44,597 bases of DNA, taken from IMG/VR virus record IMGVR_UViG_3300010398_000015, positions 1 to 44,597 of that record; one strand, 5' to 3'. Shown one piece after another: positions 16,637-26,100 of the stretch (positions are counted from its first letter, which is position 1; each line of letters starts with the position of its first letter). The notes under the pieces were generated by a model. It was not told the DNA's origin. It saw only the letters and a program-made list of their open reading frames with translations, and did not search any database. The DNA is from a virus. Its lineage: Duplodnaviria; Caudoviricetes. A program made the position numbers and the translations under genes.

Positions 16637-17511
16637 AAATAATAACATTCGACGCGAGCATTCTCAACGTCATTCAGAATTGCTTTCGCAAGGCGCAGTA
16701 CTCCTTCATTTACAACTTGGCTCCTCATGAAAAGGAGGAGTCTCTCGAGAAGGGAGACTTAATGCATAAGATGATGGAGCCTTACTACGGGATGCTCGGT
16801 CCACAGAAATACGACACTCCTGTCTGGAGAGAGCTTATCGAGGCTGGGGTCAAACCTATAGGCGACCCGGTACAACGGGCGATTGAGGCTGGGATGTATT
16901 TCTCGACCAAGCTAAGTATTCCGATGGAGACTGCGGAGGAAGTAATTAAGCAATTCCGCGATTATTGCGAATTCTATCGGAATGACGTATGGCATCCGTT
17001 GGCTGTCGAGGAAGTCGGATCGAAGTTGTTTCATGAGGAGGAGGATCTCCAAATCATTTACAACTTCAAGATTGACCTCATCGCAGAGAAGGGAAACATA
17101 GTTGCTCCCTTCGATCACAAGACGGGCAAGATGCGCAAAGATCCGATTAGCCTGAGCAATCAGTTCATCGGTTACTGTTACGCTCTTAATTGTAATCACA
17201 TCGTCATGAATAAAATTGGCTTTCAGAAAACCCTAACACCGGCGGAGAGATTCCAGAGATTCGTGTTCAATATTGATAACGACCGAATCGAGGAATGGAG
17301 GAAGAATGCAATCTGGTGGGTCAAGAGATTCCAGGAGTGCATCGAGGAGGAAAATTACCCAATGAATCTAACCTCATGCGACAAGTACTCTGGTTGCATC
17401 TTCAAGAGGATCTGTGAGTCAGATCCTGGTTCGAGAGATTACAAATTGGCGCGGGATTTCAGTACGGTAGAAAAGTGGGACGTTGCTAAGACTCTGGAGG
17501 CTGGCTCATGA
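16633..17511 (+). CDS. Cas4/RecB-like PD-(D/E)xK exonuclease
   Basis: KIDLI...FDHKTG, QxxxY, one N-terminal Cys plus a C-terminal Cys triad. Confidence 0.85.
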   Translation: MKIITFDASILNVIQNCFRKAQYSFIYNLAPHEKEESLEKGDLMHKMMEPYYGMLGPQKYDTPVWRELIEAGVKPIGDPVQRAIEAGMYFSTKLSIPMETAEEVIKQFRDYCEFYRNDVWHPLAVEEVGSKLFHEEEDLQIIYNFKIDLIAEKGNIVAPFDHKTGKMRKDPISLSNQFIGYCYALNCNHIVMNKIGFQKTLTPAERFQRFVFNIDNDRIEEWRKNAIWWVKRFQECIEEENYPMNLTSCDKYSGCIFKRICESDPGSRDYKLARDFSTVEKWDVAKTLEAGS

Positions 17512-17708
17512 CCTACAGCCGCAAAGACGATGAAGTAACCGTCGTAATGACAACCGACGATTATGCTCTTCTCCTGGCGATTCTTGGGTTCGCATCGATG
17601 TTTGGAACCAAGAGGGTCGTGGAGGACACCAATCAGTTTATCGAGAATATTAACAGGACTAACCCAGATATCTTGTTATATCTAAGGAAAGGGCAGCGAT
17701 GGATGTAG
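17508..17708 (+). CDS. Hypothetical protein
   Basis: GGAGG RBS, ATGA overlap. Confidence 0.7.
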   Translation: MTYSRKDDEVTVVMTTDDYALLLAILGFASMFGTKRVVEDTNQFIENINRTNPDILLYLRKGQRWM

Positions 17709-17947
17709 AGATTGGAAAGCAACTAAAGTTGGGCGACCTGAGAGTCAACACGGTTGTCTGTCTTCGAGCAAAGCACAGGCCAAAAATCGCCATAACAGCC
17801 TGGGTCCGTACAATAGACGAGACAGTATGTTCGTTCAAGATGGGAGAGATCTTCGCGGTACTCTACCTGTATACGGACAAGGAGGGTAATTTCTTCGACG
17901 GAATGAGGAACGTCGTCGAAGTGTACGAGTATTTAGGAGAGATATGA
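17699..17947 (+). CDS. Hypothetical protein
   Basis: Tightly packed ORF. Confidence 0.65.
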   Translation: MDVEIGKQLKLGDLRVNTVVCLRAKHRPKIAITAWVRTIDETVCSFKMGEIFAVLYLYTDKEGNFFDGMRNVVEVYEYLGEI

Positions 17948-18243
17948 ATCATACTCCGGCGTATTCAATCGACAGGTACGCAAGTAAGCGTCAGAACGGC
18001 ATGAAGATGTATGACATGTTCGTCCGACACGCTATTGGAATAGACGAAATCGCCTATGCAATACATCGCGACTTCGACAACAAAATCAACAATGTAACTC
18101 GGAAGGGTCTACTCGACGCCGTCGCATCCAATCTGAGATTTGGACTACCAAATGAAGGTGGTTGGGATGGATACTCAGAGAAAGAAATGGAGGAGGCTTA
18201 CAGGATCGCTAGGGTCTTGTTTCCAGAACTAAGCGATGAATAA
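17944..18243 (+). CDS. Hypothetical protein
   Basis: AGGAG RBS, ATGA overlap. Confidence 0.7.
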   Translation: MNHTPAYSIDRYASKRQNGMKMYDMFVRHAIGIDEIAYAIHRDFDNKINNVTRKGLLDAVASNLRFGLPNEGGWDGYSEKEMEEAYRIARVLFPELSDE

Positions 18244-18517
18244 ACATGTGCACAAATACGAAAGGACAGAGTTAGGCAAGAAGGGATATGAGATCTACAA
18301 GTGTCGTCTCCCTGACTGCCCACACTACGTTCCCGTTGCGATAGCAACGGGGAGATTGAGCTTATGTTGGGCAAACTGTGGTAACGCAGTTATGCTCACA
18401 CAGGAGATGGTAAATCACGACAAGGTATGGAGGCCGCTCTGCGACACTTGTAAGAAGCTCAGGGCAGAAAGGAGGAAGGCAATGAGGGAGCTTCCACGAG
18501 AGGAGGAAATCGCATGA
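18236..18517 (+). CDS. Cys/His-rich (Zn-binding) protein
   Basis: HVH, CxxxxCPH, CWANC and CDTC motifs. Confidence 0.7.
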   Translation: MNKHVHKYERTELGKKGYEIYKCRLPDCPHYVPVAIATGRLSLCWANCGNAVMLTQEMVNHDKVWRPLCDTCKKLRAERRKAMRELPREEEIA

Positions 18518-18759
18518 GATATTGGGGGATGGCTTTAATCAGCCTTGTGACTATCATTGCTCTTCTGATAATCGAGTCGGGAACCCCATTTTGGACTGTT
18601 GTAAAGGTCATATGGGAATTAATATGGTGGGTCATAAAATGGATGTCAATCCTATGGGCCATCTACGCGGGTGTTTCGTATCTAGGACCCATTGGAATAG
18701 CCATCCTAGTCGGAGCACTGATAATTGCAGCTGCAATAAGAAAGGAATCAAATGCCTAA
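18514..18759 (+). CDS. Small membrane protein
   Basis: AGGAGG RBS; 2-3 hydrophobic segments. Confidence 0.7.
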   Translation: MRYWGMALISLVTIIALLIIESGTPFWTVVKVIWELIWWVIKWMSILWAIYAGVSYLGPIGIAILVGALIIAAAIRKESNA

Positions 18760-19576
18760 ATCGACGTTAGACGGGGAGGACGAGAATGGTCTACTCGCGA
18801 TATTCAAAGGGGAATCAGGAGTTGGGAAGTCTGTTGCTGCTTTTAGTTTTCCAAGTGTTTATGTGTTTGATTTCGACCGCAAGATGCCATCGATCGCGCA
18901 GAAACACTATCCTGGAAAAGATATTCAGTACGATGTTTTTGAGGATGTTTTCGCGGTAGATGCCCAAATACAAGAACTCAAGAAGTACTGTCCGTATGAG
19001 ACGATTTTATGCGACAGTTTCACCGGCCTGGGTAACTTGGTCTTCAATACGATGGCGGGGATCAAGTCAGAACCAGGCAGCGTCGTAATTAAACGAATGT
19101 CCAATCCAAAAGCGGAGAAGGTCGGAATTGACTATTACTTCGCTGAGAATCATTTCATCAATTACTTCGTCGACCAGATGAAGCTACTGCACAGGCGTCC
19201 TGGTAATCCGAAACATGTGATTATCACGGCGCATGTCATTACATATGAATCTGCACCCGACCTGAGAACGAAACAGGTCACTAAGTTCAGATCCATATTA
19301 TCGCAAGGCAGGAAACCAGCGGCAATTTTGCCGACTGAATTTGACGATGTGTACATTTTCGGGTTACAAAGAACCGATGACACCTTTGCATCCGGCGTAC
19401 CCAAAGTCGAAAGAGTCTGTATTACAGAATCTTTCGGCGAAGACCCCGCGAAGTGTTCACATCCATTCAAAGAAGTCATGGACTTCACAACGAAACCGCT
19501 ATACGGACAAATGTTCGGAAGCAAAGACTTATTACTTATAGGAGAAGAGGTTAAGGATGAACAACAAGGATTATGA
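18752..19576 (+). CDS. AAA_24 / Sak4-like P-loop ATPase (recombinase candidate)
   Basis: GESGVGKS, FDFD, ILCDSFT and IITAH motifs; lies between the exonuclease and SSB-like genes. Confidence 0.8.
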   Translation: MPKSTLDGEDENGLLAIFKGESGVGKSVAAFSFPSVYVFDFDRKMPSIAQKHYPGKDIQYDVFEDVFAVDAQIQELKKYCPYETILCDSFTGLGNLVFNTMAGIKSEPGSVVIKRMSNPKAEKVGIDYYFAENHFINYFVDQMKLLHRRPGNPKHVIITAHVITYESAPDLRTKQVTKFRSILSQGRKPAAILPTEFDDVYIFGLQRTDDTFASGVPKVERVCITESFGEDPAKCSHPFKEVMDFTTKPLYGQMFGSKDLLLIGEEVKDEQQGL

Positions 19577-19841
19577 GAGATTCGGGAGAGCAACACTCAT
19601 TCCCGGAATGCAGTATATGGTCGATATGATGCAGAAAGAACTCGACTATATGCGTCAATCAGTCGGCGAGGACAGCGAAACAGTTCGGGACGTAATTGAA
19701 AAGAAAAAATTAGGTCATCCTAAGAAAAGGACGTCGTCACAAGGTAACAAAGATTACTGGTCCAAGATGACTCCAGAAGAAAGACGAACCGAGATAGCCC
19801 GACGTATGAAGGTCGCTGCGAGGAGGAAAGCAAATGGTTAG
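19557..19841 (+). CDS. Hypothetical protein with basic C-terminus (possible DNA binder)
   Basis: GAGG RBS; YWSKMTPEERRTEIARRMK. Confidence 0.7.
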   Translation: MNNKDYERFGRATLIPGMQYMVDMMQKELDYMRQSVGEDSETVRDVIEKKKLGHPKKRTSSQGNKDYWSKMTPEERRTEIARRMKVAARRKANG

Positions 19842-20133
19842 TCTATCCAACAGGGGCTACCCAATGCTCAAGATGTTCTTTGACATGAGAGATGACGAGT
19901 ACATGTCTCGTGAGGAGGCTCAGCATTGGGACCAACGTCCGTTCCGGAGTATGCTGGTCAGAGGTTATATCCGGTATACTCTAAACCGTGGGTTCAGGAT
20001 TACACGAAAAGGTCAGAGTGCTCTGAGAGTCTTCATTGCGACTGACATCGCTAGGAAAGATCCCACGAAACCACTAACGCGATATTTCGATCTAAATGCT
20101 TACAAGCTCCGGGTGGTGAAGAAAACCGCATGA
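19834..20133 (+). CDS. Hypothetical protein (winged-helix-like)
   Basis: GAGGAGG RBS; LVRGYI...FRITRKG pattern. Confidence 0.65.
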   Translation: MVSLSNRGYPMLKMFFDMRDDEYMSREEAQHWDQRPFRSMLVRGYIRYTLNRGFRITRKGQSALRVFIATDIARKDPTKPLTRYFDLNAYKLRVVKKTA

Positions 20134-20267
20134 GAAATACTCTACGGATACAGTTCATTTTCCGATGGTACGATTTTTGGGTGGGATTCTATTGGGATCG
20201 AGATCAGAGAATCCTATACTTCTTTCCGATCCCAATGATTGGATTCCGAATTTATTGGGTGCATTGA
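20130..20267 (+). CDS. Small aromatic-rich phage protein (45 aa)
   Basis: Not in the ORF track; ATGA overlap; [11 protein letters not shown]...LYFFPIP. Confidence 0.65.
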   Translation: MRNTLRIQFIFRWYDFWVGFYWDRDQRILYFFPIPMIGFRIYWVH

Positions 20268-20335
20268 CATGCATTCATGCGGGGCTAATTGGGTTCGAGT
20301 GCCCCATCAACGTGCGAACATTATTAGGAGATGAA

Positions 20336-20725
20336 ATGCCTTCAGTTAGATTTACCAAAGAAGACTTATTAGCGCGTAAGCAGTTGAGCGCGGGATGGAG
20401 ACAGGTAAAGATAAAGTCGATCGACGAGGAGCCTGGGGTTAAGGACCCGACCTCGATCAACTACGTCTGCACCGTGGTCGTCGAGACCGGTCCCGACGAG
20501 GGAGTTACCATCAAGAACTGGTTCAGTGAGAAGCGGATGGACCTGTTGTCTAAGTTCATCGAGTGCTTCATCCCGAATCGAACCATCGACACCAACAAGG
20601 ACTACGATCTAAATCAGACAATAGGTCGTTCGGTCGAAGCGTACTGTCAGTACGATATCCAACGTCAGTGGAATTCAGTCCTCGACTGGAGACCCATAAC
20701 AAAACCTCAGGCAGCGACGAAGTAG
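20336..20725 (+). CDS. Putative ssDNA-binding protein (DUF669-like OB fold)
   Basis: Start moved to ATG 20336 (AGGAG RBS); LSAGWRQVKIKSI pattern; follows the Sak4-like ATPase. Confidence 0.6.
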   Translation: MPSVRFTKEDLLARKQLSAGWRQVKIKSIDEEPGVKDPTSINYVCTVVVETGPDEGVTIKNWFSEKRMDLLSKFIECFIPNRTIDTNKDYDLNQTIGRSVEAYCQYDIQRQWNSVLDWRPITKPQAATK

Positions 20726-20732
20726 TCAAATT

Positions 20733-20758
20733 GGGGGCCGAAAGGCCCCCTCTTTATT
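20733..20758 (+). terminator. Rho-independent terminator
   Basis: GGGGGCC-GAAA-GGCCCCC followed by TCTTTATT. Confidence 0.8.
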
Positions 20759-20783
20759 AAATGGACAGAATTGGAGGGAAGAT

Positions 20784-21119
20784 ATGACGATCAACGAAGC
20801 ATTGCGCGCAGTTGATATAGAATACTCTAATGAGACCACAGAGGCGAGACATAACGCGCGCCTGAATAGGGCAATGACAAATACTCTTCATCGTGAGTTT
20901 GAAGAAATTGACAAAGAGCTGCCCGATGTTGTAGCAGACATTGCACGCGGTATGGGAGTCCCTAGTGGGACGACATTACCCGGTTATGTTTACCAGGTCG
21001 CTAGAATGTGTTTTCGTTTAGGGATGCGCGTGCAACGAAAAATAGATAATCCTAATGAAGAAACCACAACATTTTGGAGGCTAGATAGGAGGCAAGTAGA
21101 TGGCAGTATCGGTTCATGA
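20784..21119 (+). CDS. Hypothetical protein
   Basis: GGAGG RBS. Confidence 0.7.
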   Translation: MTINEALRAVDIEYSNETTEARHNARLNRAMTNTLHREFEEIDKELPDVVADIARGMGVPSGTTLPGYVYQVARMCFRLGMRVQRKIDNPNEETTTFWRLDRRQVDGSIGS

Positions 21120-22293
21120 AGTTCGCGATCCTAATGTCGCGAAAAAAGATGGCTTCGAGCGGATGAAGGCATCTATACAACAGGTCGGATTAATGCATCC
21201 GATCATCTTACAAGGGGACCAGCCTCCGTATCTTGTCGTCGCGGGCAAGCAGAGATTCATGGCGATGAAGGAGCTTGGCTTCAATGTAATTCCCGTGAGT
21301 TCGATACTCCCCAGCAATGCCGGAAACGCGCACGAAATATCGCTACATGAGAATCTGAGGAGAGAGAATCTCGCTTGGCATGAGCAGGTTACGCTCGAGA
21401 AGGAGCTTCATGACCTGAGAGTTGAAGAGCACGGTCAGAAGCGAATGGGTCGGAATTGGGGAGACAACCCAGGTTGGACCAAAGAGATGACGGCAAAGGA
21501 ACTTGGGATCTCATACGGTGGTCTCTCGCAAGACCTTAAGTTGGCTGATGCACTTTTAATCAATCCTGAATTGAAAAACGTACAGGATAAAGGGACAGCT
21601 CTCCGCCTGATAAAGCTGGCAGAGAACCGTATGTATTCAGAGCTTGAAGCATTAAGGCCATCGTCTACGGTCATGGACCAAGTCTTACATGGAGATTCGT
21701 CGGAGATACTTAAACATTTTCCGGCGGAGACGTTCGACCTCTGTCTGACCGACCCTCCGTGGTCCCAATGGAAAGAAGGAGGAATTGAGCAGGAGTCTTT
21801 GATTCCAGTCTTCAAGGAATTGATGCGGGTTCTGAAAAGCACGTCGATCATGTACGTAATTACGAGCACGACCGATTTTTACTTCTACCATAGAGAGCTG
21901 AAATTAATGGGCTTCGCGGTGCAGGATTATCCATTGATCTGGCACAAGCCCCGCAACCTAACTCATGGGAGACTCAACTGGCAGACGGCAAGGGACTATG
22001 AACCCATCCTGTTGGCATCAAAAGGGAAGGCTACGTTGACGGCTGGTGTCGAGTTCTCGTCGATACTGACATACGATAACGTGCACGTTAGTCGATTGAA
22101 ACACCCGCATGAGAAACCGGTCGACTTAATGAAAGAATTGATAAGTCGAGCCTGCTATCCAGGAGGGAAAGTAGTCGATCCTTTCGCGGGATCAGGAGTA
22201 ACCGGCGTAGCATGTAAGGAGGTTGATAGGAGATACATTCTAATCGAAAAGGAGTACGAGCACTATGACCAGATCAAACGACGTATTGGATGA
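21100..22293 (+). CDS. ParB/Srx-domain fused amino-DNA methyltransferase (beta class, m6A/m4C)
   Basis: GLMHPII, VVAGKQRF and ENLRRENL (ParB), HTH, then TDPPW, HPHEKP and DPFAGSG. Confidence 0.9.
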   Translation: MAVSVHEVRDPNVAKKDGFERMKASIQQVGLMHPIILQGDQPPYLVVAGKQRFMAMKELGFNVIPVSSILPSNAGNAHEISLHENLRRENLAWHEQVTLEKELHDLRVEEHGQKRMGRNWGDNPGWTKEMTAKELGISYGGLSQDLKLADALLINPELKNVQDKGTALRLIKLAENRMYSELEALRPSSTVMDQVLHGDSSEILKHFPAETFDLCLTDPPWSQWKEGGIEQESLIPVFKELMRVLKSTSIMYVITSTTDFYFYHRELKLMGFAVQDYPLIWHKPRNLTHGRLNWQTARDYEPILLASKGKATLTAGVEFSSILTYDNVHVSRLKHPHEKPVDLMKELISRACYPGGKVVDPFAGSGVTGVACKEVDRRYILIEKEYEHYDQIKRRIG

Positions 22294-22429
22294 ACTAAAG
22301 TGGGTGATTAGAAACATTTACGAGAAGTTTGGGGTGACAGACATTGAGCGCGCGCACGGTCTGGCGTCCAAAGCGATTTTTGAGTATATCATGTTTGGTA
22401 CAGCAACTCCGCCTGAGGAAATTCTGTAA
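22265..22429 (+). CDS. Small hypothetical protein (54 aa)
   Basis: Not in the ORF track; AAGGAG RBS; TAATG overlap with the polymerase gene. Confidence 0.6.
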   Translation: MTRSNDVLDELKWVIRNIYEKFGVTDIERAHGLASKAIFEYIMFGTATPPEEIL

Positions 22430-24888
22430 TGGAATTAAGGTACGTCGGAGGAGAAGGTCCCGCCATAGCTTCGCTAGTGGCGGTAGGCGAAGCTCCGGGA
22501 GCAGAAGAGGAGCGACTAGGGAGGCCATTTGTTGGTCCGTCTGGTAAGATGGTTGACAATGTCTTACAAGAGGCAGGAATGCCTAGACCTCGAGTCTACC
22601 TGACAAATGTAGTAAAACATCGACCTCCCCAAAATAAAATCAAAGATCTTAACCTGATCGGAAAGAAGATTGAAGACTACCTTCCACAACTCTATGCAGA
22701 AATCGAAGCCATCAAACCGAATTGCATCCTTGCTCTTGGAGCAACAGCTCTCGAGGCTCTTACAGGCTACAGAGGAATTGAGAAATATCGTGGATCAATA
22801 TTGCAGAGTAATTTCGGACCTTACAAAGTTGTCGGAACTCTGCACCCTGCATCCATCCTCCACGGTGAAGCCGAAGGGAAGATGCGATCTTGGAAAGATC
22901 TCACGTACATTAAATGGGACGTCGAGCGCGCCGTTAAGCAAGCGAAATTCCCCGAATTAATTCTTCCTCAAAGGAACCTGATGGTCTGCAAGAATGCTCA
23001 GATGTTGTACAGGTTTCTTGAGTCGAATCGAGATAGGGAGTTGGTATCAGTTGACATCGAGACTTTCAAGACCGTTCCAATTTGTATTGGCCTCGCATTT
23101 GATAAAGACAACGCGATGTCGATACCTCTGTTGAACAAACCAATAGATTCAGGAATGACTCGACTAGATCTGGTAGATTGTTGGCACCAAATTTCGGAGT
23201 TAATGGCTAATCCAAATGTCAAAAAAATCGGACAAAACTTTAAGTTTGACGAGAAGCAGCTTACGACGTGCCTCAATGGAACTACTAACTTTGGTATCAT
23301 TACAAGGGGTTTTTATTTTGATACTCTACTGGCTTTTAGGGTACTTTACCCTGAGCTTTCTGGATCTCTTCAGTTTTCCACATCTGTTCTAACAGAAGAA
23401 CCTTATTACAAAGACGAAGGAAAGGAGTACAATCCAAAGAAAGATAAGTTTGACCGTCTACTTTTGTACAATGCAAAAGACGCGGCGGTTACCTATGAAG
23501 TTTTTGAAAGGGAAATGGAGGAGCTTGAAGAAAGAGGGCTCAAGAAATTCTTCTTCGAATTTCAAATGCCGCTCCATCCTTTCTACAGCAGAATTGAAGA
23601 TCGTGGAATCTTAAGAGATGATTTCGCAAAGAGTTTCCTACACGAGAAGTACAAGATTCAGTGGGAGCATCTACAAGGGGAGTTGAACGAGTTGACATCG
23701 GAGTACCTAGAAAAGCCTGTCAATGTCAATAGTAATGGAGCCAAAGGCGACGTTCCCTTGTTGGTATATGTAGGGATGAAACTCCCATTGAGGAAAGGAA
23801 CAGATGAAAAAAGTCTAGATGGACTGATGCGTAACGTGGTAAAAGATCCAAAGAAACGACGAATACTAGAATTGATCCTTGAGATCAGAAAGGTAAGGAA
23901 AACGATTGGAACTTATATTGAAACTGAGGTTGACCACAGAGGGAGACTGCTCACTGGTTTTAGAATTATCCTCGAGACCGGACGGACCTCCACCAGCATC
24001 CTTAAACCTCCCGTTACAACCAAGCCAATGGGAGTGGCTTTCCAAACAGTTACAAAGCATGGTGATGTCGGATCGGATCTTAGGAGGATGTATGTTCCCG
24101 ACCCCGGATTTGTCCTCATTGAGCCAGATCTCTCGGGAGCAGAGGCTAGAGTGGTTGCTTTGCTTGCAAACGATGAGCACCTCCTTAAAGTATTTAGATT
24201 CGAAATTGACGTTCATAGGTTCACAGCCTGCCAGGTTGCCGGGAGAGTCCCGACGCTATTTGAAGAATTCTGGGAAGCCGACGACGAACGATCCAGAGAG
24301 TTAGCAAAAGAAATAAATCGCGTAATGAAAGGTCTCATAGACGATGAGATGAGGCAGATGGGAAAGAAATTCAGGCACGCATGTCATTACGCGATGGGAA
24401 AATATGAGGCATCGGTACAAGCTGGAATTCCAGAGTGGAAAGCGGCGCAGATATTAGAATCCGTCCATTCGACCAATCCCAACATACGTGGGGTATTCCA
24501 CGCGGAGATTCAGCTTGCTCTCAAGTACGGTGACAGGAAATTACGATCTCCCAATGGGAGAGAAAGGTTATTTCTTAATCGCTGGGGAGATGATTTGTTC
24601 AAAGAGGCTTACGCACAGATTCCTCAGAGTACAGTGAGCGACCAAAACAAGAAGGCCGCACGGGCTTGTGAGAGACGAATACCAAGTTTACAGATTCTCT
24701 CAGAGAGTCACGACAGTTTCTTGGGCCAACTCCCAATTGGAGATCTAAATGCAGCAATCCCGATAATCAACGAAGAAATGGAATCGCCCATAGATTTCAA
24801 GGATTGTAGCCTCTCTCGTGGAACCTTAATCATACCTTGCGAAATTAAAATTGGCGAAAATAATTGGGAGGATATGAGGAAGATCTAA
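22429..24888 (+). CDS. polA: Family A DNA polymerase with N-terminal family-4 UDG-like domain and 3'-5' exonuclease
   Basis: UDG motifs GEAPG, PFVG and LHPASIL; ExoI DIET, ExoII NFKFD, ExoIII YNAKD; Pol motifs A DLSGAEAR, B RQMGKKFRHACHY, C SHDS. Confidence 0.93.
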   Translation: MELRYVGGEGPAIASLVAVGEAPGAEEERLGRPFVGPSGKMVDNVLQEAGMPRPRVYLTNVVKHRPPQNKIKDLNLIGKKIEDYLPQLYAEIEAIKPNCILALGATALEALTGYRGIEKYRGSILQSNFGPYKVVGTLHPASILHGEAEGKMRSWKDLTYIKWDVERAVKQAKFPELILPQRNLMVCKNAQMLYRFLESNRDRELVSVDIETFKTVPICIGLAFDKDNAMSIPLLNKPIDSGMTRLDLVDCWHQISELMANPNVKKIGQNFKFDEKQLTTCLNGTTNFGIITRGFYFDTLLAFRVLYPELSGSLQFSTSVLTEEPYYKDEGKEYNPKKDKFDRLLLYNAKDAAVTYEVFEREMEELEERGLKKFFFEFQMPLHPFYSRIEDRGILRDDFAKSFLHEKYKIQWEHLQGELNELTSEYLEKPVNVNSNGAKGDVPLLVYVGMKLPLRKGTDEKSLDGLMRNVVKDPKKRRILELILEIRKVRKTIGTYIETEVDHRGRLLTGFRIILETGRTSTSILKPPVTTKPMGVAFQTVTKHGDVGSDLRRMYVPDPGFVLIEPDLSGAEARVVALLANDEHLLKVFRFEIDVHRFTACQVAGRVPTLFEEFWEADDERSRELAKEINRVMKGLIDDEMRQMGKKFRHACHYAMGKYEASVQAGIPEWKAAQILESVHSTNPNIRGVFHAEIQLALKYGDRKLRSPNGRERLFLNRWGDDLFKEAYAQIPQSTVSDQNKKAARACERRIPSLQILSESHDSFLGQLPIGDLNAAIPIINEEMESPIDFKDCSLSRGTLIIPCEIKIGENNWEDMRKI

Positions 24889-26100
24889 ATGAGCTGGCTT
24901 GATCTGTTGCTAAGATCGACAGAGGAAAGTGAGGCTCCTGAACGGTATTTTTGGTGGTCTGGGTTGGCTACGGTGTCGGCTATGGTGAGAAAGAACGTCT
25001 TCTTGAACAGACATTATTACAAGCTATACCCGAATATTTACGTGGCCCTAGTCTCCTCAAGATCAGGAGCTAAGAAAGGGATACCAATCTCGATTTGTAA
25101 ATCCATATTGGAAGAGTGCGCGCTATGTAGAGTAATCTCAGGATGCAATTCGATTCAGGGTTTGATTCAAGAATTATCAATGCAGAAAACATTCCCTAAC
25201 GGTTTGGTAATATCTGACGCGCAGGGAATTATGCTGTCTGATGAGTTTGAATCATTCCTAACTGACGATCCCAAGGCGTTAACCTATTTAACTGCGTTGC
25301 ATAATACACATGAACACGAGAAGTCTTGGACTAAACGCCTTAAGTCTTCACCGCTTGAAGAGTTGAAAAGCCCATGTCTGACTTTATTGGTTGCATCCAA
25401 TGAAGCACTGTTTGATGCTGTAGTCAAACAGAAAGACATCGAGGGTGGATTCATTGCAAGAACATTTATTATTTACGAGAGAAAACCACGGCTTATTAAT
25501 TCATTAGTTTATGCACCTAAGCATGTACCTGACATTCATGAGTTAAGTTTAAGACTACTTAAGATATCAAAGATTCAAGGCGAGTTTAAATGGACCCCAG
25601 ACGCAGCAGACCTCTATGATACATGGTACCGAAAGCTGGCAACTATGGGATATGACGACCGAACTGGATCAATGAATAGGTTAGGCGATCAGGTCCTAAA
25701 AGCGGCCATGCTTATCTCACTAACAAGAAAGGATGATTTGGATTTGGTTGTCGAGGATGTAGCCTTGGCAATAAGGAAATCGGAAGAGTGTATGCAAGCG
25801 ATAAACGTGATGATGTTAGCTAGTTCCAACGGAGACGTTTCCGGGCCGATCAAGTTAGTTTTGAAGACATTGGCAAATGCAGAAAATCAATCTATCAGTA
25901 GAGCTAAACTACTCTCAAAGCTACATCCAGACGGGGTCGATTCGATCGTTTTAGACAGGGTAATAGAAACACTTCAGCAATCGAACGCAATTGTTCCTCC
26001 ATTCCGGAGGGGAAAGGATGTGATATACAAGATGTCTCCTGCTGCCTATGCAGAGTTTCACGAGACATTCATCAAATTATCTAAAGGGATGGTTAATTAG
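24889..26100 (+). CDS. DUF3987/YfjI-like AAA+ protein (putative replicative helicase) with C-terminal wHTH
   Basis: SEAPERYFWW, YPNIYVALV, Walker B LSDEFES, GGFIARTF. Confidence 0.65.
   Translation: MSWLDLLLRSTEESEAPERYFWWSGLATVSAMVRKNVFLNRHYYKLYPNIYVALVSSRSGAKKGIPISICKSILEECALCRVISGCNSIQGLIQELSMQKTFPNGLVISDAQGIMLSDEFESFLTDDPKALTYLTALHNTHEHEKSWTKRLKSSPLEELKSPCLTLLVASNEALFDAVVKQKDIEGGFIARTFIIYERKPRLINSLVYAPKHVPDIHELSLRLLKISKIQGEFKWTPDAADLYDTWYRKLATMGYDDRTGSMNRLGDQVLKAAMLISLTRKDDLDLVVEDVALAIRKSEECMQAINVMMLASSNGDVSGPIKLVLKTLANAENQSISRAKLLSKLHPDGVDSIVLDRVIETLQQSNAIVPPFRRGKDVIYKMSPAAYAEFHETFIKLSKGMVN

Noticed and set aside
20281-20312. tRNA gene or attP (GGGTTCGAGTGCCC resembles a T-arm)
   Set aside because: No D or anticodon arm, an imperfect T stem, and no integrase in the genome.
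20165-20335. N-terminal extension of the SSB-like ORF given in the track
   Set aside because: It overlaps a better 45 aa gene in another frame; the RBS supports ATG 20336.
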